Part shown: positions 10,772-21,593 of the stretch, piece by piece | Position numbering within the stretch: the first letter of the stretch is position 1 | Layout: each line of letters opens with the position of its first letter | NCBI GenBank assembly: GCA_017546805.1 | Contig: JAFYRT010000075.1 | Location: forward strand, 20,104 to 84,103 | DNA length: 64,000 nucleotides | Reading direction: 5' to 3' | DNA from: Muribaculaceae bacterium | GTDB taxonomy: Bacteria > Bacteroidota > Bacteroidia > Bacteroidales > G3-4614 | Notes under the pieces: model-generated | What the model saw: the letters and a program-made list of their open reading frames with translations, nothing else | The model's database searches: none | What the model was told of the DNA's origin: nothing | Position numbers and translations under genes: made by a program

Positions 10772-11419
10772 TTACAATGCTTTCAAGGCCGCTATTGTCT
10801 CAATTGGATTTTCTGATTTAAATACAAAATTTCCGGCAACAAGAGCATCTGCGCCTGCATCCACAACTAATTTGCCTGTTTCAAGGTTAATACCTCCGTC
10901 GACCTCAATTATTGCAGAAGAACCCTTTTTTAATATCATCTCTTTTAGTTCTGCAACTTTGTTGACTGTGTTCGGAATAAATTTTTGTCCTCCGAATCCA
11001 GGATTTACCGACATCAATAAAACCATATCCAAATCTGTTATAACATCTTGTAACAGAGAAACAGGAGTATGAGGATTAAGGGTAACAGCAGCCTTCATAC
11101 CAGCCTCTTTTATTTGTTGAATAGAGCGGTGTAGGTGTGCAGAAACCTCATAGTGAATATTCATCAAATAAGCATTACTATCTTTAACCTCTTTGACAAA
11201 TTTCATGGGGTCAACAATCATCAAATGAACATCGAGAGGCTTTGTAGACAATTTCTTAACATAATCCAATACAGGAAAACCAAAAGATATATTTGGAACA
11301 AACACTCCATCCATAACGTCAATATGTAACCAATCAGCTTCGCTGTTATTTACCATATTTATTGATGAGGCTAAGTTCCCAAAATCAGCCGATAATAATG
11401 AAGGTGCAATTATTGCCAT
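10772..11419 (-). CDS. rpe: ribulose-phosphate 3-epimerase
   Basis: 215-aa ORF with IAPSLLSADF, HIDVMDG, MSVNPGFGGQ and VDGG motifs. Confidence 0.95.
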   Translation of the reverse strand: MAIIAPSLLSADFGNLASSINMVNNSEADWLHIDVMDGVFVPNISFGFPVLDYVKKLSTKPLDVHLMIVDPMKFVKEVKDSNAYLMNIHYEVSAHLHRSIQQIKEAGMKAAVTLNPHTPVSLLQDVITDLDMVLLMSVNPGFGGQKFIPNTVNKVAELKEMILKKGSSAIIEVDGGINLETGKLVVDAGADALVAGNFVFKSENPIETIAALKAL

Positions 11420-11560
11420 AATTTGTCTTATATATTAGTTGTTGTTTTAAAAATAGAAAACCTTTGTAATACTACAAAGGTAATCATTTTAGATTGATTT
11501 ATACAACTTCTTTTAATAATAAATAAAAGAAAAGATAATCTATTGGCAGATGACATCCAA

Positions 11561-11752
11561 TTAATTGAGTATATATCCACCTGTTGAAGTCATATATTTG
11601 CTATCGCAACAATAAACTCTTGCAAAGTTCATCAAAAAGGCAATTGTTGAATCTTTTGGAGAGATTATCTCTTTTTTATCTTTTACAATTGAATCAGAGG
11701 TGTACTTTTTATTCATAGGCATAATGTGCTTGTGTTTGTTTAATAAACGCAC
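11561..11752 (-). CDS. small hypothetical protein downstream of the ECF sigma (possible cognate partner)
   Basis: 63-aa ORF, same strand, 87 nt downstream of the sigma gene. No motif recognised; an alternative start MPMNKK lies at 11722. Confidence 0.3.
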   Translation of the reverse strand: MRLLNKHKHIMPMNKKYTSDSIVKDKKEIISPKDSTIAFLMNFARVYCCDSKYMTSTGGYILN

Positions 11753-11839
11753 AAATGAATAATTTATTGCACCATATAAAAAAGAAACAAGAAGGATTTC
11801 AAAACCCTTCTTGTCATCTGTTTTTTATTTGGAATGTTA

Positions 11840-12430
11840 TTAGAAGAATAGTTCCACTTTATTTTCTTCTGCCATTCTGCGCATATTCATTATTGCATAT
11901 CTCATACGGCCAAGAGCGGTATTTATGCTTACATTTGTAGCATCAGCAATCTCTTTAAAGCTCATGTTTTGATAATATCTCATTACCAATACCTCTTTTT
12001 GGTTGTCGGGTAGGGCGTTCACAAGCTTACGTATATCGATTCTAACTTGAGCCGAAATCATAGAATCCTCAACGGTTCCTTCGCTTAACTCTTTTCTATT
12101 GAAAACATCAGGATTCATATCTGAATTAGGAATATGATTCTCCGATTTCTCTTGACGATAGTGGTCAATTATTAAGTTGTGAGCTATACGAGTAATCCAT
12201 GATGAGAATTTGCCCGATTCAACATATCTTCCTTGTTTAATTGTGGTAATAACTTTCACAAAAGTCTCTTGGAATATGTCTTCAGCCAAATCCCTATCTT
12301 TTACAATATAGAAAACGTATGAGTAAATGCGATTTTTGTGTCTGAGAAGTAGAACATCAAAAGCACCATTATCTCCTTCTGAATATAATGCCACCAACTC
12401 CTCGTCGGTAAGCAAATTATAATTTTTCAT
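11840..12430 (-). CDS. ECF-type RNA polymerase sigma-70 family factor
   Basis: 196-aa ORF with region 2 (AEDIFQETFVK...WITRIAHN) and a region 4 helix-turn-helix (MSFKEIADATNVSINTALGRMRYA). Confidence 0.85.
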   Translation of the reverse strand: MKNYNLLTDEELVALYSEGDNGAFDVLLLRHKNRIYSYVFYIVKDRDLAEDIFQETFVKVITTIKQGRYVESGKFSSWITRIAHNLIIDHYRQEKSENHIPNSDMNPDVFNRKELSEGTVEDSMISAQVRIDIRKLVNALPDNQKEVLVMRYYQNMSFKEIADATNVSINTALGRMRYAIMNMRRMAEENKVELFF

Positions 12431-12659
12431 TAATAATCCTCTTTATAGTTTAAGAGTAGAAGTCTATTCGATAGGCGTGCATTTTTATGTTTAACTCTGC
12501 AAAGAAAAGGCATTTATATGATATTTACAAATATTCTGTCGAAAAAAAGCTCGTATTAAAACATTTTTTAACATTTAAAATACAATAAATATTCTTTTCA
12601 TAAATTACAATATTGAGCAAGATAATAATTTTAAATATTGGTTATTTTAATAAAATTTG

Positions 12660-12667
12660 TAAATTTG
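12660..12667 (+). promoter_or_regulatory. Bacteroidota -7 promoter box (TAAATTTG)
   Basis: Exact TAnnTTTG match followed by CA, 60 nt upstream of the 12727 start. Confidence 0.45.
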
Positions 12668-12726
12668 CATTTGATTTGTTTTTAAACAATTGAATAATTT
12701 TAATAACGATTAAATAAAATCTAATT

Positions 12727-13626
12727 ATGAAACCAACATTATTTGTATTGGCTGCAGGAATGGGAAGCCGCTACGGTTCACTTAAACAATTAGATGGTTT
12801 AGGACCAAACGGAGAAACAATTATGGACTATTCTATTTTCGATGCAATTCGCGGAGGATTTGGAAAAGTTGTATTCGTAATTCGTCATTCATTTGCAGAA
12901 GAGTTTATTGAAAAAGTAGTAAATAAATATGCTCAAGTAATACCAACTGAGGTTGTATATCAAGAGTTGAATTATCTACCTGAAGGATTCTCAGTTCCTG
13001 AAGGTCGTGAAAAACCATGGGGTACTAACCACGCAGTTATGATGGGTAAAGAGGTTATTAAAGAGCCTTTTGCAGTAATTAATGCTGATGATTTCTATGG
13101 CCGCGAAAGCTTTGCAATTATTGCAGATTGGTTGTCAAAACAAGAGGGAGAAAACAAATACTGTATGGTTGGATACCGTGTAGGTAACACTATGAGCGAG
13201 AGCGGAACTGTTTCTCGTGGTATTTGTGAGACAAACGAGGCTTCGGAGTTGACTTCTGTTGTAGAGAGAACAAAAATTGGATACTATAACGATGGTATAG
13301 CATTTAACGAAGGAGAAGAGTGGACAATGCTTGATCCTAACGTTCCTGTATCAATGAACATGTGGGGATTCACTCCTGACTACTTCAAATATTCAGATGA
13401 GATATTTGTAGAATTCTTGAAAGAGAATATGTCAAATCTAAAATCAGAGTTCTTCATTCCTCTTATTGTAAACGATCTTATCCAAACTAAACGTGCAACA
13501 GTTACAGTTCTTGACACTCCTTCAAAATGGTTCGGAGTAACTTATGCTCAAGACCGTCCTGATGTAGTTGCTAAAATTCAATCATTGGTTGATGCAGGAG
13601 AATATCCTTCACCATTATTTAAATAA
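12727..13626 (+). CDS. sugar-phosphate nucleotidyltransferase family protein
   Basis: 299-aa ORF with the N-terminal LAAGMGSRYG (GxGxR NTP-transferase signature) and an INADDFYG motif. Confidence 0.65.
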   Translation: MKPTLFVLAAGMGSRYGSLKQLDGLGPNGETIMDYSIFDAIRGGFGKVVFVIRHSFAEEFIEKVVNKYAQVIPTEVVYQELNYLPEGFSVPEGREKPWGTNHAVMMGKEVIKEPFAVINADDFYGRESFAIIADWLSKQEGENKYCMVGYRVGNTMSESGTVSRGICETNEASELTSVVERTKIGYYNDGIAFNEGEEWTMLDPNVPVSMNMWGFTPDYFKYSDEIFVEFLKENMSNLKSEFFIPLIVNDLIQTKRATVTVLDTPSKWFGVTYAQDRPDVVAKIQSLVDAGEYPSPLFK

Positions 13627-13650
13627 GAATTTAGTAAATAATTAAAATAG

Positions 13651-13680
13651 GAAAGGGGAGTCCGATTGAATTCCCCTTTC
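13651..13680. terminator. bidirectional hairpin terminator between convergent genes
   Basis: Perfect 9-bp stem gaaagggga (13651-13659) / tcccctttc (13672-13680), between the stop at 13626 (+) and the leuB stop at 13704 (-). Confidence 0.6.
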
Positions 13681-13703
13681 TTCGTGATAATATTAAAATT
13701 AGA

Positions 13704-14774
13704 TTATTTATTTTTGATATAATCAACAATCCATTTGCCAACCTCAGACGTTTTGTAAGATTTCTCTCCTTGTGCAATATCCACAGTAACAACTCCTGCA
13801 TCAATTGAAGCAGATACAGCTTCACGAATTAATTTACCCTCTTCCATTAAACCAAAAGCATATTCAAACATCAATGCTGCTGAAAGAATTGTAGCTAATG
13901 GATTAGCAATATCTTTTCCTGCTGCTTGAGGATATGAACCGTGAATTGGCTCAAATACTGATGTATGTAAACCAACAGAAGCTGAAGGCAACATTCCAAG
14001 AGAACCTGTTATAACTGACGCCTCATCTGTTAAAATATCGCCAAACATATTCTCTGTAACCATAACGTCAAAGCGTGAAGGCCATTGAACAAGTTGCATT
14101 GCTGCATTGTCAACAAACATGTATTCAGTTTCAACCTCTGGGTACTCTTTTGAAATTTCTTGAGCAACCTCTCTCCACATACGTGAAGTACATAGAACAT
14201 TAGCTTTATCAACAACAGTTACTTTTTTTCTGCGTTGCATTGCGTATGTATATGCAAGACGAACAATTCTGTCAATCTCTTCACGAGAATATACACAAGT
14301 ATCGTATGCTACATTTCCATCTTCACTTCTTCCTTGAGGACGTCCAAAATATATACCTCCTGTCAACTCCCTGATACACATCAAATCAGTTCCTGCAACA
14401 ACGTCTTGACGAAGTGGAGATTTATGTATAAGTTGAGGCATTGTTGATACAGGACGAATGTTTGCATACAATCCTAATTGTTTACGCATTCCCAACAATC
14501 CTTGCTCTGGGCGTACTTTAGCTGATGGATTGTTGTCATATTTTGGATCTCCAATAGCTCCAAACAAAACAGCATCCGACTCCATACATATTTTGTGAGT
14601 CTCTTCGGGGTATGGGTTACCTGTTGCATCGATTGCACAAGCACCTACAAGAGCATGTTTATATGACAATTCGTGTCCGAATTTCTCGCATACAGCAATT
14701 GTTGCATCCAATGCGGTTGCCACAATTTCAGGACCAATTCCATCGCCTGGCAACACGGCTATATTCATTTTCAT
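13704..14774 (-). CDS. leuB: 3-isopropylmalate dehydrogenase
   Basis: 356-aa ORF with N-terminal [12 protein letters not shown] and the isocitrate/IPM dehydrogenase signature ([25 protein letters not shown]). Confidence 0.95.
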   Translation of the reverse strand: MKMNIAVLPGDGIGPEIVATALDATIAVCEKFGHELSYKHALVGACAIDATGNPYPEETHKICMESDAVLFGAIGDPKYDNNPSAKVRPEQGLLGMRKQLGLYANIRPVSTMPQLIHKSPLRQDVVAGTDLMCIRELTGGIYFGRPQGRSEDGNVAYDTCVYSREEIDRIVRLAYTYAMQRRKKVTVVDKANVLCTSRMWREVAQEISKEYPEVETEYMFVDNAAMQLVQWPSRFDVMVTENMFGDILTDEASVITGSLGMLPSASVGLHTSVFEPIHGSYPQAAGKDIANPLATILSAALMFEYAFGLMEEGKLIREAVSASIDAGVVTVDIAQGEKSYKTSEVGKWIVDYIKNK

Positions 14775-14814
14775 ATCTTATTAAAATTAAAAAGTTTTAC
14801 AATTAATATCTCAA

Positions 14815-16338
14815 TTAAAGTTCTTCTATATGGTTCAACATCTTTATGGTAGCTTGAATTGCGGCTGCCATCTGGTCGAGATCCAATCCGTAAGTTTTAA
14901 AAGTCTTTCCTTTATATTCCCATGTGATAGATGTTTGTACCAAAGCATCTGTTCTACCTCCGGGTGGAATATTTACCGCATAATCCAATAGTTGTGGGAA
15001 TGGTCTATGCAGTTTTGTTTTATATATCCATTGGATACCCTTTACAAAAGCATCATATTGTCCGTCTCCTGTTGCACCTGCCTCATACACCTCTCCATTA
15101 ATCTCCAACTTAAGCACAGCTCCCGGACGTAATCCGTTTGCCACAGCAAGAGTATAATTTAAAAGAGTAATTCTCTGCTTTTGGGTATTTCGATTAAGAG
15201 TATCAGAAATAATATAAGGTAAATCTTCTTGTGATATAATCTCTTTTTTGTCACCTAACTCAATGATTCGCTCAGTAACTTTACGCATTGATTCTTCATC
15301 AAGTTCAATACCCATAGCTTCAAGATTTTTACGGATATTTGCTTTCCCTGAAGTTTTACCAAGGGCATATTCTCTCATGCGGCCGAAACGTTCAGGAAGA
15401 AGATCATTATAATAGAGATTATTCTTGCTATCACCATCGGCATGTACTCCTGCACATTGTGTGAATACATTATCTCCAATAACAGGTTTATTAGCTGGTA
15501 TTCTTATTCCTGAATAAGATTCCACTACGCGACTTACATGGTTTATTTTTGCTTCGTTGATAGAGGTCTTCATTCCCAATTGATCATGCACGACAGCCAA
15601 AATACTTGATAAAGCAGCATTTCCAGCTCTTTCGCCTAATCCATTAATTGTACAATGCACACCTTTAACACCTGCTTTAACAGCTGCGTAGCAGTTTGCT
15701 ACAGCCAAATCGTAATCGTTATGGGCATGAAAATCGAAGTGCAGGGTAGGGTATCTCTCTATTATCTCTTTGCAATACCTATATGTTGTATCAGGATTTA
15801 GAACTCCTAATGTATCGGGTAACATGAATCTTTTTATATTGCATGAGCTTAATGAATCTATTAGATTATACACATATTCGGGGGAATCTTTCATTCCGTT
15901 AGACCAATCCTCTAAATATAGATTAACTTCTATTCCCTCTTTAGTCGCAATATCTATTTCATGTTTAATATCGCATATATGCTCCTCAGGGCTCTTTTTT
16001 AATTGATATTGACAATGTCTTAAAGAACCTTTACTCAACATGTTAACAATTTTACCACCGGCATTCTTTATCCAATTTATTGATACACCTTTATCAATAA
16101 AACCTAAAACCTCAATAGCTTTAAGTTTTTTATGCTTTGAAGCCCAATCGCAAACCCGTTTAACAGCTTCCATCTCTCCTGCAGATACTCTTGCAGAGGC
16201 GATTTCAATTCTGTTTACCTTAATTTCGTTTAAAAGAAGACGTGCAATACTTAATTTTTCGAATGCGCCAAACGATACGCCGGAGGTTTGCTCTCCGTCG
16301 CGTAGTGTGGTATCCATTATTTCAAGTTTGCATTTCAT
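14815..16338 (-). CDS. 2-isopropylmalate synthase / citramalate synthase family paralog
   Basis: 507-aa ORF with the HMGL-like motifs TTLRDGEQ and HAHNDYDLAVAN. It is a second family member inside the leu operon. Confidence 0.75.
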   Translation of the reverse strand: MKCKLEIMDTTLRDGEQTSGVSFGAFEKLSIARLLLNEIKVNRIEIASARVSAGEMEAVKRVCDWASKHKKLKAIEVLGFIDKGVSINWIKNAGGKIVNMLSKGSLRHCQYQLKKSPEEHICDIKHEIDIATKEGIEVNLYLEDWSNGMKDSPEYVYNLIDSLSSCNIKRFMLPDTLGVLNPDTTYRYCKEIIERYPTLHFDFHAHNDYDLAVANCYAAVKAGVKGVHCTINGLGERAGNAALSSILAVVHDQLGMKTSINEAKINHVSRVVESYSGIRIPANKPVIGDNVFTQCAGVHADGDSKNNLYYNDLLPERFGRMREYALGKTSGKANIRKNLEAMGIELDEESMRKVTERIIELGDKKEIISQEDLPYIISDTLNRNTQKQRITLLNYTLAVANGLRPGAVLKLEINGEVYEAGATGDGQYDAFVKGIQWIYKTKLHRPFPQLLDYAVNIPPGGRTDALVQTSITWEYKGKTFKTYGLDLDQMAAAIQATIKMLNHIEEL

Positions 16339-16342
16339 ACTA

Positions 16343-16930
16343 TTAACGATTATTTTCCCAAGTTTCTATATCTGCTTTTTTACTTAATAGATAATCGATA
16401 TCGTCAAATCCATTAAGCAAGCAATCCTTTTTATATGGATTTATATCAAACTTCTCAGATTCTTCTGTGGCATTGTTTGTGATAGTTTGATTTGGCAAAT
16501 CAATTGTTATTGTATTTAAGTGATCGCTCTCTACAGAGTCAAAAATATTTTGTAAAAACGATTCTGATACAACAACAGGTAGCACGCAGTTATTAAGAGC
16601 ATTGTTCTTAAAGATATCAGCAAAGAAACTTGATACAACAGCTCTAAAGCCATATCCTGCAACAGCCCAAGCAGCATGTTCACGGCTTGAACCGCTACCA
16701 AAGTTTTTTCCAGCAATTAAGATAGACCCAGAATAAGAGGGATTATTCAATACAAAACTCTCAATTTTATTACCCTCTTTGTCGAATCTCCAATCGCGAA
16801 ACAAATTATCACCAAAGCCCTCTCTTGTTGTTGCTTTTAAGAAACGAGCAGGTATTATTTGGTCAGTATCCACATTCTCAATAGGCAAGGGGATACATGT
16901 TGATGTCAGTTTTTCAAATTTTTCTCTCAT
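16343..16930 (-). CDS. leuD: 3-isopropylmalate dehydratase small subunit
   Basis: The ORF track gives 16343..16963. I prefer the internal ATG at 16930 (MREKFEKL...), which lies just past the leuC stop at 16950. Has the typical [13 protein letters not shown] and GSGSSREHA motifs. Confidence 0.9.
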   Translation of the reverse strand: MREKFEKLTSTCIPLPIENVDTDQIIPARFLKATTREGFGDNLFRDWRFDKEGNKIESFVLNNPSYSGSILIAGKNFGSGSSREHAAWAVAGYGFRAVVSSFFADIFKNNALNNCVLPVVVSESFLQNIFDSVESDHLNTITIDLPNQTITNNATEESEKFDINPYKKDCLLNGFDDIDYLLSKKADIETWENNR

Positions 16931-16949
16931 AGTTCTTTCAGAGGTTAAA

Positions 16950-18350
16950 TTAAATAAAATCACGTGGATCTGTTATCTTTCCTGTAATTGCAGCTACTGC
17001 AGCAACAACGGGACTTGCAAGCATTGTTCTTGCTCCAGGACCTTGTCTGCCTTCAAAGTTACGATTCGAAGTAGATACAGAATATTTTCCTGCAGGAATT
17101 TTGTCATCGTTCATGGCCAAACATGCAGAGCATCCGGGTTGACGTAACTCAAATCCAGCCTCTTCCAATACTTTGTCAATACCTTCTGCGCGAATAGCTT
17201 TTTCTACATTCCAAGAACCTGGTACCAGCCATGCTGTTACGTTATCAGCCTTTTTGTGACCTTTAACAACTTCAGCAAAAGCTCTAAAATCTTCAATGCG
17301 TCCGTTAGTACAGCTTCCTAAAAATACATAATCAATATCTTTGCCAAGAACTTTTTCTCCAGCTTTGAATCCCATATAAGATAGAGATTTTTCAAAAGAT
17401 ATTTGACCTGCCTCATCAATCTCCTCCATAGTGGGGATATTAGCATCAATAGCCATTCCCATACCAGGATTTGTTCCGTAAGTAATCATTGGAGCGATAT
17501 CTGCCGCATCAAAATTAACCTCTTTGTCAAATACAGCACCTTCGTCTGTTGGTAGCTTTTTCCACTCCTCAACAGCTTTATCCCAAGCCTCTCCTTGTGG
17601 AGCAAATTCTCTACCCTTTATATATTCAAAAGTAACTTCGTCGGGAGCAATCATGCCACCACGAGCACCCATTTCAATACTCATATTACACAAAGTCATT
17701 CTGCCTTCCATTGAAAGAGAACGTATTGCACTACCTGCAAACTCAACAAAATATCCTGTTGCTCCGCCTGTCGTCATTTTTGAAATAATATACAAAGCAA
17801 CATCTTTTGCTGTAACACCTTTTCCAAGTGTACCTTCAACGTTAATGCGCATTTTCATTGGTTTTGGTTGCAATACACATTGTGATGCAAGCACCATTTC
17901 AACTTCACTTGTTCCAATACCAAATGCTACAGCACCCATTGCTCCGTGTGTTGATGTATGGCTGTCGCCACACACAATAGTCATACCTGGTTGGGTATAT
18001 CCGTTCTCGGGACCAATAACGTGAATAATACCATTTTTAGGATTAAGCAATCCATAAACAGTCAATCCAAAATCATTCGCATTTTTCATCAAGGTGTCAA
18101 CTTGATTGCGCGATATAGGATCAGAAATGGGTTTATCTTGGTTTAGTGTTGGGATATTATGGTCAGGAGAACATGTAGTCCTTTCCGGACGAAATACGGA
18201 TAGATTTCTCTCTCTTAACCCCGCAAATGCCTGAGGACTTGTTACCTCATGGACATAATGTCTATCAATATACAATTGATTAGGTCCCCCCTCAATTTTA
18301 GATACTACGTGAGCATCCCAAATTTTATCAAATAGAGTTTTCTTTTCCAT
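16950..18350 (-). CDS. leuC: 3-isopropylmalate dehydratase large subunit
   Basis: 466-aa ORF with aconitase-family Fe-S ligand motifs ([22 protein letters not shown]). Confidence 0.95.
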   Translation of the reverse strand: MEKKTLFDKIWDAHVVSKIEGGPNQLYIDRHYVHEVTSPQAFAGLRERNLSVFRPERTTCSPDHNIPTLNQDKPISDPISRNQVDTLMKNANDFGLTVYGLLNPKNGIIHVIGPENGYTQPGMTIVCGDSHTSTHGAMGAVAFGIGTSEVEMVLASQCVLQPKPMKMRINVEGTLGKGVTAKDVALYIISKMTTGGATGYFVEFAGSAIRSLSMEGRMTLCNMSIEMGARGGMIAPDEVTFEYIKGREFAPQGEAWDKAVEEWKKLPTDEGAVFDKEVNFDAADIAPMITYGTNPGMGMAIDANIPTMEEIDEAGQISFEKSLSYMGFKAGEKVLGKDIDYVFLGSCTNGRIEDFRAFAEVVKGHKKADNVTAWLVPGSWNVEKAIRAEGIDKVLEEAGFELRQPGCSACLAMNDDKIPAGKYSVSTSNRNFEGRQGPGARTMLASPVVAAVAAITGKITDPRDFI

Positions 18351-18365
18351 AAAGTATATAAATTA

Positions 18366-19859
18366 TTATATGACAAATTTATTTATTGCATCAACGAATG
18401 CTTCTGCAGAAGCTGCAACGATGTCTGTATTAGCTCCAAATCCGTAATAGCTTTCGTTGTTATAAGAAACAGTCATGTGAACTTTACCTGTATCGTCGCT
18501 ACCTTTTGTAATAGCTTGAATTAGGAACTCCTCAACAGTCATGTTCCTGTGTATAATCTTCTTGATTGCATTAATTGCAGCATCAACAGGACCATTACCT
18601 GAAGCAGCAGCCTCAAATTTCTCTCCGGCAATTGAAAGACCAATGCTTGCAACAGGGCGAATATCGATACCTGATGTTACTTGTAGATAATCAATTGAGA
18701 TACGGGCTTTTTCGCCTCTGCTTTTACCAACCAACATCAAGATATCATCATCGTTAATATCTTTTTTACGGTCAGCCAACGCTAAGAATTCAGCATATGC
18801 ATTATCCAACTCCTCTTGTGAAAGTTCTACTCCAAGAACATTTAAACGGTGTTTAAGAGCAGCTCTACCACTACGAGCAGTCAATACAATTGAGTTCTCA
18901 TCTATACCAACATCTTTAGGATCGATAATCTCATAGTTCTCTCTGTTTTTTAGAACGCCATCTTGGTGAATTCCTGATGAGTGAGCAAAAGCATTTCTTC
19001 CAACAATCGCTTTGTTTGGTTGAACAGGCATATTCATCATGCTTGAAACCATACGGCTTGTAGAGTATATTTTTTGAGTATTGATATTTGTCTCAATTCC
19101 TTTGTTGTGGCTCTTGAAAGTCATAACAACCTCTTCAAGTGATGTGTTACCTGCACGCTCACCAATACCGTTAATGGTTACCTCTGCTTGACGAGCACCA
19201 TTTAAGATACCTGATACTGTATTTGCAGTAGCCATACCAAGGTCATTATGACAGTGAGTGGCAATAACAACGTTGTCAATACCTTTTACATTCTCTTTTA
19301 GATAAAGTATTTTCTTTCCAAAATCTTCAGGAAGACAATATCCTGTTGTATCGGGAATGTTAATTACTGTAGCACCTGCTTTAACAACAGCTTCAACCAC
19401 ACGTGCAAGATATTCGTTGTCTGTTCTACCTGCATCCTCTGCATAGAATTGAACATCTTCAACATATTTCTTTGCATATTTCACACAAGCAATAGCACGT
19501 TCAATAATCTCTTCGCGAGTAGAATTGAATTTATATTTAATGTGGTAATCCGATGTTCCAATACCGGTGTGTATACGTTTACGTTTAGCATATTTAAGAG
19601 CTTCTGCAGCTGCATCAATATCTTTTTCAACAGCACGAGTCAAAGCACAAATAGTTGGCCATGTAACTGCTTTAGAAATTTCTACAACTGATTTAAAATC
19701 ACCCGGGCTTGAAACGGGGAAACCTGCTTCAATAACATCAACACCCAATGCTTCCAATGCTTTAGCAACTTGTATTTTTTCTACTGTATTTAATTGGCAA
19801 CCTGGAACTTGTTCGCCATCTCTTAATGTTGTGTCAAAAATAAATAGTCTGTCTGACAT
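18366..19859 (-). CDS. leuA: 2-isopropylmalate synthase
   Basis: 497-aa ORF with the TTLRDGEQ and [12 protein letters not shown] motifs and a C-terminal LeuA dimerisation/regulatory region. Confidence 0.95.
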   Translation of the reverse strand: MSDRLFIFDTTLRDGEQVPGCQLNTVEKIQVAKALEALGVDVIEAGFPVSSPGDFKSVVEISKAVTWPTICALTRAVEKDIDAAAEALKYAKRKRIHTGIGTSDYHIKYKFNSTREEIIERAIACVKYAKKYVEDVQFYAEDAGRTDNEYLARVVEAVVKAGATVINIPDTTGYCLPEDFGKKILYLKENVKGIDNVVIATHCHNDLGMATANTVSGILNGARQAEVTINGIGERAGNTSLEEVVMTFKSHNKGIETNINTQKIYSTSRMVSSMMNMPVQPNKAIVGRNAFAHSSGIHQDGVLKNRENYEIIDPKDVGIDENSIVLTARSGRAALKHRLNVLGVELSQEELDNAYAEFLALADRKKDINDDDILMLVGKSRGEKARISIDYLQVTSGIDIRPVASIGLSIAGEKFEAAASGNGPVDAAINAIKKIIHRNMTVEEFLIQAITKGSDDTGKVHMTVSYNNESYYGFGANTDIVAASAEAFVDAINKFVI

Positions 19860-19895
19860 AGTTTTTATGTATTAAATATTATTATTTCTAAAAGT

Positions 19896-19927
19896 AAAAA
19901 ACCTTCCACACTACGGAGTGAGAAAGG
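19896..19927 (-). terminator. attenuator terminator in the leu operon leader
   Basis: Minus-strand read: cctttctcac-tccgta-gtgtggaagg followed by TTTTTT. The 10-position stem has 1 mismatch and 1 G-U. It ends about 36 nt upstream of the leuA ATG. Confidence 0.55.
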
Positions 19928-19966
19928 CTTTCATATAATTAAATTACACACACAATATCTCACTCC

Positions 19967-20026
19967 CTATCGTTTATTGAGCAATAGTGACAGAATAATT
20001 AGAGATATAGTGTATATGTAGTTCAT
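19967..20026 (-). CDS. candidate leu operon leader peptide (MNYIYTISLIILSLLLNKR)
   Basis: My own translation of the minus strand gives a 19-codon ORF with 5 Leu (3 consecutive) and 4 Ile. Its stop codon abuts the antiterminator arm. Confidence 0.45.
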   Translation of the reverse strand: MNYIYTISLIILSLLLNKR

Positions 20027-20087
20027 TATCAATTGTTTTTAAAATCCAAATTCTCTTTAACTCTTAACCTGTTTTTCAAGAGCAATG

Positions 20088-20095
20088 CAAAGATA
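20088..20095 (-). promoter_or_regulatory. Bacteroidota -7 promoter box (TATCTTTG) for the leu leader
   Basis: Reverse complement of caaagata is TATCTTTG, followed by CA, about 60 nt upstream of the leader ATG. Confidence 0.45.
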
Positions 20096-20230
20096 TAAAT
20101 TTTGTTCTTATTGTCAAAATAAAATAGTAAAAAAATATATTAAATTTTAATCTTTAATCTAATACATGTTTTTTACTTATGAATTGTAAGAATTATGATA
20201 AAATCATCGGATACAAATGAGCGGTAAATA

Positions 20231-20260
20231 AAAAAGAAACTGCCGAAGTTTATTCGGCAG
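20231..20260 (-). terminator. intrinsic terminator downstream of rpoD
   Basis: 8-bp stem ctgccgaa (20240-20247) / ttcggcag (20253-20260). On the minus strand it is followed by a T-rich run (tttcttttt). Confidence 0.6.
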
Positions 20261-20293
20261 TTCATATCAATTAAAATTTGTAACAAAAATTTT

Positions 20294-21154
20294 TTAACCG
20301 AGAAACGTTTTAAGATGTATACTTCTTGAATTTTGTCTCAATCGGCGGATTGCTTTCTCTTTAATTTGACGAACACGTTCACGAGTTAATCCAAATTTGT
20401 CGCCAATCTCCTCAAGAGTCATTTCTTGGCAACCAATTCCGAAAAACATCTTAACTATATCGCTTTCGCGAGGAGTAAGAGTGCCTAATGCTCTATCAAT
20501 TTCTTTTGAAAGAGATTCATTTATCAATGGACGGTCTGCATTTGGAGAATCATCATTGATAAGCACATCTAACAAACTGTTATCTTCTCCTTCAACAAAA
20601 GGTGCGTCAACCGAAATATGACGACCAGAAACCTTCATTGTATCTGCAATCTTATCTACGGGCATGTCAAGTTGTTCTGCCAACTCTTCCATAGATGGGC
20701 GTCGTTCATTGTCTTGCTCAAAACGAGAAAACGCTTTGCTAATTTTGTTTAACGAGCCAACTTGGTTAAGAGGAAGGCGTACAATTCTTGATTGTTCTGC
20801 CAATGCCTGTAAAATAGATTGGCGAATCCACCAGACAGCATAAGAAATAAACTTAAATCCACGTGTTTCGTCGAATTTCTCTGCAGCTTTAATAAGACCG
20901 AGGTTTCCTTCGTTGATAAGGTCGGGTAGGGAGAGTCCTTGATTTTGATACTGTTTTGCCACAGATACAACGAAACGCAAGTTTGCTCTTGTTAATTTAT
21001 CAAGGGCAGCTCTGTCGCCTTTTCTGATTTTAGCGGCCAATTCAACCTCTTCCTCTACTGTAATAAGTTCCTCTCGTCCAATCTCTTGCAAATACTTGTC
21101 AAGCGAAGCACTTTCGCGATTTGTAATAGATTTAGTAATCTTTAGTTGTCTCAT
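20294..21154 (-). CDS. rpoD: primary RNA polymerase sigma factor (Bacteroidota sigma-A type)
   Basis: 286-aa ORF with regions 2-4 ([45 protein letters not shown]). The short length is typical of the Bacteroidota primary sigma. Confidence 0.9.
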   Translation of the reverse strand: MRQLKITKSITNRESASLDKYLQEIGREELITVEEEVELAAKIRKGDRAALDKLTRANLRFVVSVAKQYQNQGLSLPDLINEGNLGLIKAAEKFDETRGFKFISYAVWWIRQSILQALAEQSRIVRLPLNQVGSLNKISKAFSRFEQDNERRPSMEELAEQLDMPVDKIADTMKVSGRHISVDAPFVEGEDNSLLDVLINDDSPNADRPLINESLSKEIDRALGTLTPRESDIVKMFFGIGCQEMTLEEIGDKFGLTRERVRQIKEKAIRRLRQNSRSIHLKTFLG

Positions 21155-21593
21155 TTCAATAAATTGAATTTAAGTTGCAAATATACCTTATTTATTTTAG
21201 ATATAAAATAGTTATGTGAAAAAATATTTATAATACTATTAATACGATAATATTATTAAAAAATTTCAATTTTTTGCGAAAAATTTTAATAAACAAGTAA
21301 AAATATTTGTATCGTCTATTTACTTATATGCAATATAACGTGATTAAAAGGAAAATATTATTCACAAGAAGGATTTACATATTAAAAAACAGGACTTAAA
21401 AACAAATGTTTTTACGTAGGTTTAAAAATAAGGAATATAATGTTATGAATATTTTTATTGTTTAATTTATACACATTATAACACTACAAATCATGTGCCA
21501 TATTTATTTCTGACTTTTTGTCATAACATACACAATAAATGAGCCCATCATCAGACAGGCTCACTATTTTAAATATTAAAAATTAAGAGAATG

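Noticed and set aside
13631-13825. 64-aa minus-strand ORF overlapping the leuB 3' end and the convergent terminator
   Set aside because: It overlaps leuB in another frame, runs through the terminator hairpin, and has no supporting motif.
17524-18024. 166-aa plus-strand ORF inside leuC, plus similar antisense ORFs such as 43236..43673 (minus, inside aguB), 406..780 (plus, inside purA) and 16779..17147 (plus, across the leuD/leuC junction)
   Set aside because: All are antisense shadows of strongly supported housekeeping genes.
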